The notes beneath the pieces were generated by a model that was not told the DNA's origin, searched no databases, and saw only the letters and a list, made by a program, of their open reading frames with translations. The position numbers and the translations under genes are program-made. DNA of 40,011 nucleotides from Patescibacteria group bacterium (GTDB taxonomy: Bacteria > Patescibacteriota > UBA1384 > JACPKC01), in assembly GCA_050944875.1 (NCBI GenBank), contig JBMNRW010000002.1, positions 67,009 to 107,019 of the forward strand. Reading direction: 5' to 3'. Positions 16,977-26,623 of this stretch are shown here, piece by piece (the stretch's first letter is position 1; every line of letters begins with the position of its first letter).

Positions 16977-18254
16977 ATGACGTACCACTTGATCGGTATC
17001 CGTGGCTCGGCGATGAGCGGAGTAGCAGCGTTGCTTCGCGCGCAGGGCCACGTTGTTCGTGGCTCCGACCTGAGTGAGACCGGGCATCGCGCCACGAACA
17101 TCACGAGCGATATCGACCGCGTCGTGTACACGCCGGCAGTGACGCCTGGGTCGCCGGGGTGGGTTGAGCTCGAGGCGGCGAAGCGAGTAGGTATTCCCGC
17201 GCTCCGCCTGGACGAGATGCAGGCTGAGCTCACGAAGGATGCGACACTTATGGCGGTGACCGGAACGCACGGGAAGTCGAGCACGACCGCAATGCTCGCG
17301 CACGTCCTTGAGGTTACGGGTCGTAATCCGTCCGTCCTCCTGGGCGCGCCTATTCCTGCTTGGGAGGGCCGGAACTACCGGGTAGGTAACCCGTCGCTCT
17401 GGGTTGTTGAAGCAGACGAGTACAAGCGGAAGTTCCTGACGCTGTCGCCGACAGTTGCGGTTATCACAAATGTCGAGTTCGACCACGCGGACGTCTACCG
17501 GGATCTCGCTGACGTCGAATCGGCATTTGCCGCGTTCGTTGACCGTGTCCGGCCTGGTGGCACAGTAATTGCGCACGCTGAGCCCGCGGTCGATGTAGTG
17601 CTCGGTCGCACCCCAGAGGGAGTTTCGATTATCCGGTACGGAGCCCAGTACGACTATCGACCAGAACTCCTCCCCAAGCTTCGCGTGCTCGGTGACCACC
17701 AGCGGCTCAATGCGACTGCTGTGCTCGCTGCGGCCGAAGTGCTCGGCGTCTCTCGCGAGGACGCGTTAACTGCGCTCGGATCGTTCGGCGGCGTTGGTCG
17801 TCGGCTGGAGTATATCGGGGAGCGCGACGGCGTTATCGTCTACGACGACTACGGCCACCACCCGACAGAAGTCAGAGCCTCGCTCGCGGCATTCCGCTCG
17901 GCATTCCCCGACCGTCGCCGGGTCGTCGCGTTCCAGCCACATCAGCACAGTCGCGTCCATGCGCTGTTTGCAGAGTTCGCAGCCGCCTTTGGCGATGCGG
18001 ACAAGGTGCTCCTCGCTGACGTGTATGCAGTGCCAGGCCGAAACGAGGGGATCGAGGTTGATGCAGGGGAGCTCGCCGACGCGATCCGCGGACACGGCGT
18101 TGATGTCATCCATGTCGGTTCGCTCGAGTCACTTACGTCAGTGCTCCGACGTGAACTGCGTCCAGGCGACGCCTTCCTGACCGTAGGAGCGACAGATATT
18201 ACGAACGTGGGAAGAGTATGGGTATCGGAAGGAAGTCATGGCACCGCGAGCTAA
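16977..18254 (+). CDS. murC: UDP-MurNAc:L-Ala ligase
   Basis: AGGAG RBS; IGIRGSAMSG, GSD, VTGTHGKSSTT, VEADEY, TNVEFDH, GVGRRLE, DDYGHHPTEV, FQPH. Confidence 0.95.
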   Translation: MTYHLIGIRGSAMSGVAALLRAQGHVVRGSDLSETGHRATNITSDIDRVVYTPAVTPGSPGWVELEAAKRVGIPALRLDEMQAELTKDATLMAVTGTHGKSSTTAMLAHVLEVTGRNPSVLLGAPIPAWEGRNYRVGNPSLWVVEADEYKRKFLTLSPTVAVITNVEFDHADVYRDLADVESAFAAFVDRVRPGGTVIAHAEPAVDVVLGRTPEGVSIIRYGAQYDYRPELLPKLRVLGDHQRLNATAVLAAAEVLGVSREDALTALGSFGGVGRRLEYIGERDGVIVYDDYGHHPTEVRASLAAFRSAFPDRRRVVAFQPHQHSRVHALFAEFAAAFGDADKVLLADVYAVPGRNEGIEVDAGELADAIRGHGVDVIHVGSLESLTSVLRRELRPGDAFLTVGATDITNVGRVWVSEGSHGTAS

Positions 18255-19071
18255 CTGGCAGTCGACCTACCGCAACGTCAGCCGCCGACCAGGCGCGTCG
18301 CTTCGGCACCCCAAGATCTTTACGCGCACGAGCTCGCATCATCCTGAGCGAACGGTGCGACTGCCCCAAGTGCCGCGTGCCATCTGGTTCGGCGCTCTGG
18401 TTGCTACTGTCGTCTCGGCCGGTGGGTGGTTCCTCTTCTTTTCGAAGACGTTCGCCATTGAAGATATCCAGATCATTGGGAACGTGAACGAGAGTGTCCG
18501 AACGGAGATCGAGTCGCTCCGCGGGCAGAACCTCTGGCGGTATGCCGCTGGCGATATGACTGACCGGCTTCGGGGTTCGCAATCATCAATTCGAGACCTC
18601 GTCCTCTCGAAAGGGATTCCAAGGACGCTCCGCGTCGAGGTGGCATTGCGAGACGCGGCGCTCATTTGGAAGAGCGGTGATGCGACGTACCTAGTTGATG
18701 ACGACGGCATTGCTTTCCAGTCGGACGAAGTGCTGGCGAGCTCGATCGGCATTGTCCCAGTGGTCGTCGATACTCGTCAGCAGGCAGTGCGAGCTAGTGC
18801 ACGACTTTTACGCCTAGAGTTCCTTGAGTTTGCAACAGAGCTGTCGCGTGAATTCCCGCAGCGTTTTCCGCTCGCACTGGAGCGACTCGAGGTGGGGGAC
18901 ACGACACTCGAGCTCACTGCGGTCACGAGTGCTGGGTGGGTAGTGCAGCTCGATACAACGCGACCGGTTGCCGTTCAGCTCGATGCGCTTGCCAAAGTGA
19001 TTGGGCGATATCACGAGGAAGTGAAGGAGTACGTCGATCTCCGAGTTCCCGGTCGCGCCTACTTCAAGTAG
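18238..19071 (+). CDS. ftsQ: FtsQ/DivIB-like cell division protein
   Basis: Follows murC; one TM, POTRA-like FAIEDIQIIGN...GQNLW, C-terminal YVDLRVPGRAYFK. Confidence 0.8.
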   Translation: MAPRANWQSTYRNVSRRPGASLRHPKIFTRTSSHHPERTVRLPQVPRAIWFGALVATVVSAGGWFLFFSKTFAIEDIQIIGNVNESVRTEIESLRGQNLWRYAAGDMTDRLRGSQSSIRDLVLSKGIPRTLRVEVALRDAALIWKSGDATYLVDDDGIAFQSDEVLASSIGIVPVVVDTRQQAVRASARLLRLEFLEFATELSREFPQRFPLALERLEVGDTTLELTAVTSAGWVVQLDTTRPVAVQLDALAKVIGRYHEEVKEYVDLRVPGRAYFK

Positions 19072-19095
19072 TCATCATTTCAGAAGGTAGGTTCA

Positions 19096-19881
19096 ATGGC
19101 TCCTCTTCCAGATAAGCTCGAGCTCCGTGACGGGGAGCGCATTGTCGCTGAGCTCAGCGTGTCGAAAAAAGTGACAATCGGGCTTATTGGGGTGGGTGTG
19201 CTGTGTCTGCTCGTCGCGTTTCTGAGTCCTTTCCTGGCACCACTGCTCATTCCTGGTACAACACAGGCTGATTCTGTCGGCGCGTGGCTACTTGTCTTTG
19301 TCTTCGCGGTTGCGGGCTGTGTGATTATGAGTATTGGCTTTCAGCAGGAAGTTGCTCACCGGTACTACCTTACGAATGAGCGGCTGATCATCCGGGAAGG
19401 AATCCTGATTAGTCAGACGATGTCTATTGAGTATGAGGAGATGGGAACCGTGACATACACGCGAGACCCGCTCTCACGGGCACTGGGCGTCGGCACGATT
19501 ATTATTAGCGCAGGCGAGCCTGTGTTCGTACGCCTCGTCGACGAACCGAGGGTGTGGGTTGGTAGAATTACGAAGTTCCAAGAGGAGTTTTCAAAAGCGG
19601 TGCGCGACGATGACGGGAAGTGCGAGGAGGTGGAGGCTAGTACTCGGCAGGTGATCGCCGAAGCCGAAGCCGATCCGGCGACGAAAGACACGACGGTCAC
19701 CTCAGCGGTAATCCAGTCAGTGAAGCGTGTATTACGCAAGTCATCAACTGAGTCGACAGTCTCGATCGACGACCAGCTCCTGCCAACGGAAGCACGGACG
19801 CCGGAAGAGATCCGCCAGTCACGATCTGACGCATCGTCGGAAGTCCGCGCTGCCCAGAAGAGGCTCGAAGGAGGAGCATGA
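19096..19881 (+). CDS. Membrane protein with a bacterial PH domain (bPH_2-like), paralog 1
   Basis: GERIV N-terminus, two TM helices, RYYLTNERLIIREGIL...IEYEEM...DPLSRALGVGTIII. Confidence 0.78.
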   Translation: MAPLPDKLELRDGERIVAELSVSKKVTIGLIGVGVLCLLVAFLSPFLAPLLIPGTTQADSVGAWLLVFVFAVAGCVIMSIGFQQEVAHRYYLTNERLIIREGILISQTMSIEYEEMGTVTYTRDPLSRALGVGTIIISAGEPVFVRLVDEPRVWVGRITKFQEEFSKAVRDDDGKCEEVEASTRQVIAEAEADPATKDTTVTSAVIQSVKRVLRKSSTESTVSIDDQLLPTEARTPEEIRQSRSDASSEVRAAQKRLEGGA

Positions 19882-20696
19882 CGCAACCGCCAGCCCTGAG
19901 GATTAGCGAGCAAGTCATTGAAGCGTTTGGCGTTTCGGCGAAGTACACCATTATTCTCATTGCATTGGGGAGCCTCGTTCTCGCGGGTGCAGTAGCACTA
20001 ACGGTGCTCGACGATCCAATCCTGGACGCCATTGTGGTTGGTGCCGGCCCGCTCGGCCCGCTCGTCTTCCTCGTCATCGAAGTAGCGCTCGGGTGTCTGG
20101 GCGTATACCTCATTCTGCGCGGAATTTACCTGCGGCTCGCCTACCACTTCTTCCTCACGAACGAGCGCGTCATCGAGGTGATCGGGTTTCTCGCGCAGCG
20201 GTCGGTCACTGCTGAGTACAAGATGATCACCGACATTATTGTGCGGCAGGACGCCATTAGTCGATTAGCGCTCAACACCGGGACGCTCGCGATCAACACA
20301 CCCGGAGGGCCGGGCGAAGAGTTCGTACTCATGAATATCGACAATCCGACCGCCCGGCGCGAGCAGCTCCGGCGGTTGTCGGAAGCGGTCCAAGAAGGCC
20401 GTGCTATTGATAGCCGATTCCTCGCCGCGCTGAAGTACGAGACGGGTATGGCTCGCACGACCGAAGAGGCGCTGGAGGATATCGAGCGCTCGGTCGGGCA
20501 TGGGGTAGGTGCAAGTACGCGCGCTAAAGAGTCCGACGACACGGCTCTTCCCCAGGTATCGACGTCCGTGAGCGCTTCTGCCTCAGCCGCGTCGCAAGCT
20601 CCGCGGGTTCAGGAAGGTGACGTCGTCGACCTTCACGGTGACGGCATCGATGAGTCTGACCGGCTTCGCGCAGCGCAGAAGCGAATCGAGAAGTAG
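19878..20696 (+). CDS. Membrane protein with a bacterial PH domain (bPH_2-like), paralog 2
   Basis: ATGA overlap with paralog 1; two TM helices, FFLTNERVI...GFLAQRSVTAEYKMITDIIVRQDAISR...NTGTL.I.T.G. Confidence 0.78.
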   Translation: MTQPPALRISEQVIEAFGVSAKYTIILIALGSLVLAGAVALTVLDDPILDAIVVGAGPLGPLVFLVIEVALGCLGVYLILRGIYLRLAYHFFLTNERVIEVIGFLAQRSVTAEYKMITDIIVRQDAISRLALNTGTLAINTPGGPGEEFVLMNIDNPTARREQLRRLSEAVQEGRAIDSRFLAALKYETGMARTTEEALEDIERSVGHGVGASTRAKESDDTALPQVSTSVSASASAASQAPRVQEGDVVDLHGDGIDESDRLRAAQKRIEK

Positions 20697-20754
20697 CCGT
20701 GTTCCCGTGTCTTCCTGGGTGTGGCATGTATACCTGCTTCTTTGGGGTAACGGT

Positions 20755-22461
20755 ATGAGCGCGGAGAGGGCACGGCCGGCGCGCTGGACAGTCACGCGGC
20801 GCGTTGAGCGTGAGCTCGTCGACCAGCTCCTGCGGAATCGGGGTATCGTCGACCGCGAGCGGTTCTTTGCGCCTGACTACCTCCGGGACAGCCATGACCC
20901 ATTCCTCCTGCCGAACATGTCGACGGCGGTCGACCGGATTCTCGCTGCGATTGCTGCGAAGGAGCTCCTTGCCGTGTACACCGACTACGACGCTGACGGC
21001 GTACCGGGCGGGGCGCTCCTCATGAAAATGCTCACCGCGCTCGGAGCACCTATCGTTCCATATGTCCCAGACCGTGAGCGCGAGGGGTACGGCCTCCATG
21101 TCCCAGCGATTAACGCACTGAAGGCGAAGGGTGTGTCGCTCATCATTACCGTTGATCTCGGCGTCACGAACGACGAGCAGGTGGCGCATGCACATTCGCT
21201 CGGCATCGACGTTATCGTTACCGATCACCACCACGTTGATCCGACGCGTATTCCGACAGCCGCAATCGCCGTCGTCCACCCAGCGCTCCCGGAATCCGCC
21301 TACCCGTTCGCCGGCCTCGCAGGTGGGGGTGTCGCGTGGAAGCTCGTCCAGGCGCTCCAGGCTCGGACCGGGACGCCCTCGGAAGCGCAGCTCAAGTGGT
21401 GGCTCGAGCTCCCGGCGATCTCGACGGTGTGCGATATCGTGCCACTCGTTGATGAGAACCGCATGATCGTGCACTACGGCCTGAAGGTGCTCATGCAGAC
21501 GCGGAACGTCGGGTTGCGGGCACTGTACCGGACAGCTGGTATCGACGTCGACGTACTCAACGAGGGCACGATTGGCTTCCAGATCGGGCCCCGGATCAAT
21601 GCGCCAGGTCGAATGGAGCACGCGACTGGCGCGCTCAAGCTACTCCTGAGCGACCAGGCTGACGAAGCCGCGGCGCTCGCTGCTCAAATCGAGGAGCAGA
21701 ACCGCGACCGACAGACCGCGCTTGAGCAGATCGTCGCTGAGGTAGTTGCTCGGGTTGAGGAGGATGGATTGGCGGACGCACCAGCGATCGTTCTCTTGGG
21801 TGACGATTGGCCGGTCGGCCTTATCGGCCTCGCCGCGAGCCGGGTCGTCGAGCGGTTCTACCGGCCGACCATTCTCCTCGGTCGGAGCGGCGATGAGGCA
21901 AAGGGATCGGGCCGCAGCATTGACGGGTTCGACCTGCTCGCTGGCATCGATGCGCAGAAAGCGCTCCTCACTGGGTACGGCGGCCACACGAAGGCAGCTG
22001 GTCTCCACTTACCCGTTGCGAACGTAGAGGCATTCGCCGCGGGATTCCGGGCATTCGCAGTTGAGCGGCTGAGCGCCGACCAGCTCGTTCGAACGCTCCG
22101 TGCCGACGCCATTATCTCACCAGCGGAAGTGACGGATGAGCTTGTCACTACGGTCTTGCGCTTTGCGCCGTTTGGCCAAGCAAACCCGCGTCCGAAGTTC
22201 ATCATCCAGCCACTCACGGTGGCGGCAATCAAGACTGTTGGCACGGGTGGACGACACCTCAAGGTACGATTCGTTGAAGGTGACCTCGACGCGATCGGGT
22301 TCGGCATCGGTAGTCTTGCGACACATATTCGGGTCGGCGATGCGGTGGCGGCCTTCGCGAGCCTGGAGTTTAACTCGTGGAACGGCGTCGTGCGGACGCA
22401 GCTCAAGCTCGAAGATCTCCGCCCGTGCGGAACTGGTGATATTGCTACTGAACTAGCCTGA
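20755..22461 (+). CDS. recJ: Single-stranded DNA exonuclease RecJ
   Basis: YTDYDADG, PDREREGYG, ITVDLG, TDHH, AG.GVAWKL, GPRINAPGR, KGSGRS, GGHTKAAG, PFGQANP.P, HLK. Confidence 0.96.
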   Translation: MSAERARPARWTVTRRVERELVDQLLRNRGIVDRERFFAPDYLRDSHDPFLLPNMSTAVDRILAAIAAKELLAVYTDYDADGVPGGALLMKMLTALGAPIVPYVPDREREGYGLHVPAINALKAKGVSLIITVDLGVTNDEQVAHAHSLGIDVIVTDHHHVDPTRIPTAAIAVVHPALPESAYPFAGLAGGGVAWKLVQALQARTGTPSEAQLKWWLELPAISTVCDIVPLVDENRMIVHYGLKVLMQTRNVGLRALYRTAGIDVDVLNEGTIGFQIGPRINAPGRMEHATGALKLLLSDQADEAAALAAQIEEQNRDRQTALEQIVAEVVARVEEDGLADAPAIVLLGDDWPVGLIGLAASRVVERFYRPTILLGRSGDEAKGSGRSIDGFDLLAGIDAQKALLTGYGGHTKAAGLHLPVANVEAFAAGFRAFAVERLSADQLVRTLRADAIISPAEVTDELVTTVLRFAPFGQANPRPKFIIQPLTVAAIKTVGTGGRHLKVRFVEGDLDAIGFGIGSLATHIRVGDAVAAFASLEFNSWNGVVRTQLKLEDLRPCGTGDIATELA

Positions 22462-22467
22462 TCGGTC

Positions 22468-22476
22468 TGATATACT
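22468..22476 (+). promoter_or_regulatory. Extended -10 promoter of the surface-protein locus
   Basis: TG-A-TATACT, followed by an AAGGAGG RBS and the ATG at 22510. Confidence 0.5.
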
Positions 22477-22509
22477 TCAGGCAACGTATAGATCGCAAGG
22501 AGGGTAGGT

Positions 22510-22800
22510 ATGGGGGTTTCTGCGCTTCGGGCACGGCTAGCATTCGCGGTCCTCGTCGTCCTCGTTGGTGTTGGTGCTTGGTACGTCTGGCAAGTTCGGC
22601 CAAGCGCGAACGTACGCGTTGCGAGCCAGGCGGCGAGTTTCGTCGCTGAGCGGACGACGCACGCGCCGGGCGAAGTCGTTGTGCTTACGTTTAAGAACGC
22701 CGGGAAAGACCCTCTCGAACTCCTGACCACCGGTCCGTACGCCGTGTTCGCCGCTGGGAGCTCAGTCGCGACGTTCCAGTCAGACCGTGCAACCCGGTGA
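22510..22800 (+). CDS. Fragment 1: signal/TM anchor plus the start of an Ig-like domain
   Basis: RARLAFAVLVVLVGVGAWYVW then ERTTHAPGEVVVLTFKNAG; strong RBS. Confidence 0.55.
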   Translation: MGVSALRARLAFAVLVVLVGVGAWYVWQVRPSANVRVASQAASFVAERTTHAPGEVVVLTFKNAGKDPLELLTTGPYAVFAAGSSVATFQSDRATR

Positions 22801-22885
22801 GTCGCGTACTTAGCAGTGGGACCAGCGCGATGCCTCCGGGCAGCAGGTTGTCGACGGTTCGTACACACTGACAGCGCAGTACCGA

Positions 22886-23557
22886 GTGGCGGGGACAGTA
22901 GTCACGGCACGAACAGAGGTTACCGTTCGACGGCCGCAACCTGCGAACGGCACGCCGGGCAGCGGCAGTGCCACTTCCGAGGTGAAGATTAACTTCGACA
23001 GCTATGCCGCCGGGAGCGCGCTCCCGCAAGGATCAGACCTTCTTGTCCGCCTAAGTTCGGCCAATGGTCAGGCTGCGCGAGTCTTCTCGAATCCAGGAGC
23101 CTGCGGTCCGCAGTCAGAAGCGAGTTCGCAGCCGAACTTTGCTGTTGGGAGTCCGTCTTCCCTCTCGCCGATCGTCTTGACGTTCCGGTCTGATGTCCGA
23201 CCGAATACGGTGTCGATGACGCTCATCAGCGTCGGCGCCGCCGGGGTAACGGTGGTGTACGAGGATGCGTCCGGCACGGTGCTCAAGGAGGAGCGGGTAA
23301 CGAACGCGAATAGTGGGAACGGCTGCGCAAAGCAGAATGTCGTCTCCTATGCGGCGGACCAGGGGAAGCAGGTTGCGACCATTGATGTTAGGGGGAGCAG
23401 TGACGGGTTTGGTCTTGATGACGTGACGTTTAGCTCGCCGACGCTTGTCGGTACGAACCCGCCAGCCTCGTCACCGCCAGTAAGCCCGTCATCGGCAACA
23501 CCCTCTCCAGTGGTCATTACTCCGGGCACGACCCGGCCGGCGGGCAGACACCGTTGA
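22886..23557 (+). CDS. Fragment 2: beta-rich extracellular domain plus Pro/Ser linker (coding frame extends upstream past 22886)
   Basis: INFD...GFGLDDVTF beta-sandwich-like domain with a Cys pair, then a PPASSPPVSPSSATPSP linker; no RBS at the GTG. Confidence 0.5.
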   Translation: MAGTVVTARTEVTVRRPQPANGTPGSGSATSEVKINFDSYAAGSALPQGSDLLVRLSSANGQAARVFSNPGACGPQSEASSQPNFAVGSPSSLSPIVLTFRSDVRPNTVSMTLISVGAAGVTVVYEDASGTVLKEERVTNANSGNGCAKQNVVSYAADQGKQVATIDVRGSSDGFGLDDVTFSSPTLVGTNPPASSPPVSPSSATPSPVVITPGTTRPAGRHR

Positions 23558-24582
23558 GCCTGAACTTCGACAGTGAGCCGGTGAATGAGGCGCTCAACCA
23601 GGCAAAGTTCCGTGACCAAGGAGTACTTGTCGCGTCGTATGCAACCGCTCAGCCGCACGTTGCAGCGAACACGAAACCATGTAGCGGCAGCGCGAGTCAG
23701 TACAAGCAAATGGTGATCGGACGAAGTCCAGCCGGGTTGCCAAGCGCGAGTGAGCCGGTGCAGTTCTTCCCGTCACGTAGCGGGTACGTCGCGAAGAAGG
23801 TGACGGTCGCGGTGCTCACCGGCAACACGCCGTTCCAGACCCCGGTGTACGCGCTCGACATGTCGGGGAAGGTGATATCCTCTCAGACGGTGGAACAGTC
23901 GGGAGGAGACTGTAATCAGGTGAAGACTGTAACCGTGGAACATCCAGGTGGGATTAGTCAGGTGGGAGTGGTCTCCGGTGCCAGTACACAGACGCCCATG
24001 AACGTCACGTCGACGCCGAATATTAAGGACTACCAGGCAAAGTTCGGCGTTGCGAAGGTAGACGTCGAGTGGGTTGCTGAACCGACGGGTACGCCGAAGA
24101 CGTACCCGAGCTTGCCCGTACTCACGAACCAGGCTGGTCGTAGTGGGGAGGCGGTACTTGCCACGACTGGCACGAGTACGCTGCAGTGGCAGCTCAGTAC
24201 GCCGAAGGCAGCGTTCCGCGAGTTTGAGTCTGTGCCGGTGAGCGTGAAAAATACCGGACTGTATCCCGTCAGCATACAGGGCGTCGACTATGGTGTGTAC
24301 TGTACCGGGGCGAACGATACGGTACGGGTTGGCGGCGGCGCCTTCATCGCAGAGTACCCAGTCGCTCTCGCTCCTGGGCAAACCGTTGTTATCCCGTCGT
24401 TCCTCGATAGCACAAGTTTGCGCTGCTCTGGCCCGAACCGGATGGTGCGGATCGGCGTCGGTTCGGCGACGAATCCAGGACGGATTGAGCTCGTCGTCCA
24501 GTCCTCAAACGCGGCAGCGAAAACTGTCCCGAACTGGTGCCTACCATTCATGCAGACCTACATTCCAGCTTGTCGCCCCTAG
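23554..24582 (+). CDS. Fragment 3: beta-rich extracellular domains with Cys pairs
   Basis: Begins LNFD like fragment 2's INFD; no signal peptide; later V.VKNTG...LAPGQTV Ig-like pattern. Confidence 0.55.
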   Translation: MSLNFDSEPVNEALNQAKFRDQGVLVASYATAQPHVAANTKPCSGSASQYKQMVIGRSPAGLPSASEPVQFFPSRSGYVAKKVTVAVLTGNTPFQTPVYALDMSGKVISSQTVEQSGGDCNQVKTVTVEHPGGISQVGVVSGASTQTPMNVTSTPNIKDYQAKFGVAKVDVEWVAEPTGTPKTYPSLPVLTNQAGRSGEAVLATTGTSTLQWQLSTPKAAFREFESVPVSVKNTGLYPVSIQGVDYGVYCTGANDTVRVGGGAFIAEYPVALAPGQTVVIPSFLDSTSLRCSGPNRMVRIGVGSATNPGRIELVVQSSNAAAKTVPNWCLPFMQTYIPACRP

Positions 24583-24599
24583 TGAGGCGATGGCAAGCT

Positions 24600-24632
24600 C
24601 CGGGCTCCGCTTCGGCGGAGTCCGGTTTGTTT
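24600..24632 (+). terminator. Intrinsic terminator
   Basis: CCGGGCTCCGC-TTCG-GCGGAGTCCGG (11 bp with one G-U, C(UUCG)G tetraloop), followed by TTTGTTT. Confidence 0.85.
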
Positions 24633-24676
24633 GCTACGCTAGCGGTACACGCACTACGGTGCAGAAAGGAGGCCGA

Positions 24677-25285
24677 ATGGCCCATACACTTCCCGAGCTC
24701 CCGTACGCGTACGACGCGCTCGAGCCAGTGATCGACGCGAGAACGATGGAGCTTCACCATACGAAGCACCACCAGACGTACGTTGATAAGCTGAATGCTG
24801 CGCTCCAGGCGCACGACGCGTTTGCGTCACTGCCAGTCGAGGAACTACTCCGACGGATCGACGAGGTACCAGAGACGATTCGGACCGCAGTACGCAACCA
24901 CGGTGGCGGCCACGCGAACCACACGCTGTTCTGGCAGGTGATGGCGCCGAACGCCGGCGGCGAGCCGACCGGGGAGCTCGCTGACGCGATTGTCGCGTCG
25001 TTTGGCACGTTTACTGATTTCCAAGCAAAGTTCACCGAGGTGGCGACGAGTCAGTTCGGCTCAGGGTGGGCGTGGCTGGTTATTCGGGACGGACGGCTCG
25101 CAGTCTACTCGACGCCGAATCAGGATTCCCCGCTCATGCAGGGTGATACGCCGCTTCTGGGCCTCGATGTCTGGGAGCACGCGTACTACCTGAAGTACCA
25201 GAATAAACGACTGGACTACATTGAAGCGTGGTGGGGGGTTGTGAGTTGGGGCAGCGTTGCCGACCGGTACGCGCACGCAAAGTAG
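24677..25285 (+). CDS. sodA: Fe/Mn superoxide dismutase, Mn-type signature
   Basis: AAGGAGG RBS; [51 protein letters not shown]. Confidence 0.95.
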   Translation: MAHTLPELPYAYDALEPVIDARTMELHHTKHHQTYVDKLNAALQAHDAFASLPVEELLRRIDEVPETIRTAVRNHGGGHANHTLFWQVMAPNAGGEPTGELADAIVASFGTFTDFQAKFTEVATSQFGSGWAWLVIRDGRLAVYSTPNQDSPLMQGDTPLLGLDVWEHAYYLKYQNKRLDYIEAWWGVVSWGSVADRYAHAK

Positions 25286-25288
25286 CAG

Positions 25289-26623
25289 ATGGTAAAGCCG
25301 TCAAGTATCTACGTCTGCAGTGAGTGCGGGAACGAGACCGCACAGTGGGCAGGGAAATGTCCGGCTTGCGGTGCATGGAATACCGTGAAGGAGCTGAAGG
25401 GCGTGCGACCTGCTGGTGGCGTTGAGCCGAAGCACGGCTGGGTGCGCACGTCGAAGCTCGTCCCGGTCGCTGAGGTTGCAGCGGCAGGCACGCATGACAC
25501 ACGGATTTCAACGCTGGACGAAGTGGATCGCGTCCTGGGTGGCGGATTGGTGCCGGGGAGCGTTGTTCTGCTTGCCGGCGAGCCGGGGATCGGGAAGTCA
25601 ACCCTCCTCCTTCAGCTTGCGGCCCAGGTAGCGGCGCGCGGTCACGTGTACTACGTTTCGGGCGAGGAGTCTGCCGCTCAAGTGGCGGCCCGTGCCCGCC
25701 GCCTGGGGGTGATTAGTGCAACCCTGAACGTCGCCTCAATGACGAACGTTGAGGAGATTATCGGGATTGCCGGCGATGAAGCACAGCCAGATCTGCTGGT
25801 CGTTGACTCGATTCAAACGGTGTACAACCCCGCCTTTCCCTCGACGCCGGGCAGCGTTGTGCAGGTACGGGAGTCGGCGCTCAGGCTTGTCGATTTCGTT
25901 AAAGCGGCCGGGATCCCACTCATCCTCTCAAGCCACGTCACGAAGGAAGGCGAGCTCGCTGGCCCACGCGTGCTCGAGCACCTGGTCGACGTCGTGCTCT
26001 ACGTCGAAGGCGATCGCTTCCAGGAGCTCCGGCTGCTTCGTGGCGTGAAAAACCGGTACGGGCCAACGGACGAAGTGGGCGTTTTTGAGATGCGCGAGAC
26101 GGGGCTCGCCGCGGTCAGCAACCCGTCCGAGCGGTTCCTCGCGGAGCGGCAGACGCTTCCAGGTTCTGTTGTGACGGCGATCATGGAGGGTGCGCGTCCG
26201 TTCCTCCTTGAAGTGCAAGCGCTCGCTACCCCGACGAAATTCGGGTACGCGAAGCGGCGAAGCATCGGGGTGGACACGAACCGGCTCGAGCTCATTCTTG
26301 CCGTGCTGGAGCGGCGCATCGGGATGAAGCTCGCCGAGTACGACGTGTTCGTGAGCGTCGTCGGCGGCCTCAAGGTGAGCGAGCCAGCGCTCGACCTTGC
26401 TGTCGCAGTCGCAGTTGTGTCTACTGTGCGGAATATCGCCGTGGATCCGAAGCTCGTGTTCTTCGGGGAAGTCGGGCTCGCTGGTGAGATCCGTCGTGTC
26501 CGCTTCGGTGAGCGCAGGAAAAAAGAAGCCGAGCGGTTCGGGTTCGCGGTGGTCAGTGGCGCCTCACTCGAGGCCGTACTGCGTGTCGTTGCGCCTGGTC
26601 GTCCAGGAAGAAGGCTGCGCTAG
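25289..26623 (+). CDS. radA: DNA repair protein RadA/Sms
   Basis: C4 zinc finger CSECG...[43 protein letters not shown], Lon-like C-terminal domain. Confidence 0.97.
   Translation: MVKPSSIYVCSECGNETAQWAGKCPACGAWNTVKELKGVRPAGGVEPKHGWVRTSKLVPVAEVAAAGTHDTRISTLDEVDRVLGGGLVPGSVVLLAGEPGIGKSTLLLQLAAQVAARGHVYYVSGEESAAQVAARARRLGVISATLNVASMTNVEEIIGIAGDEAQPDLLVVDSIQTVYNPAFPSTPGSVVQVRESALRLVDFVKAAGIPLILSSHVTKEGELAGPRVLEHLVDVVLYVEGDRFQELRLLRGVKNRYGPTDEVGVFEMRETGLAAVSNPSERFLAERQTLPGSVVTAIMEGARPFLLEVQALATPTKFGYAKRRSIGVDTNRLELILAVLERRIGMKLAEYDVFVSVVGGLKVSEPALDLAVAVAVVSTVRNIAVDPKLVFFGEVGLAGEIRRVRFGERRKKEAERFGFAVVSGASLEAVLRVVAPGRPGRRLR

Larger units (their letters stand above)
22510..24582 (+). pseudogene. 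Large secreted/surface protein gene (about 690 codons) apparently broken by a +1 shift, an in-frame TAG and a -1 shift
   Basis: Frame 1 22510-~22776 (signal anchor), frame 2 ~22778-~23533 with TAG at 22811-22813, then frame 1 to 24582. One promoter, one RBS and one terminator bracket all pieces. Confidence 0.55.

Noticed and set aside
22811-22813. Possible TAG recoding (pyrrolysine or stop reassignment) at the in-frame amber codon
   Set aside because: TAG ends many intact genes here (e.g. 549, 5128, 7674, 26623), no pyl genes or suppressor tRNA are seen, and a frameshift lies about 35 nt upstream; a TGG>TAG change is simpler.
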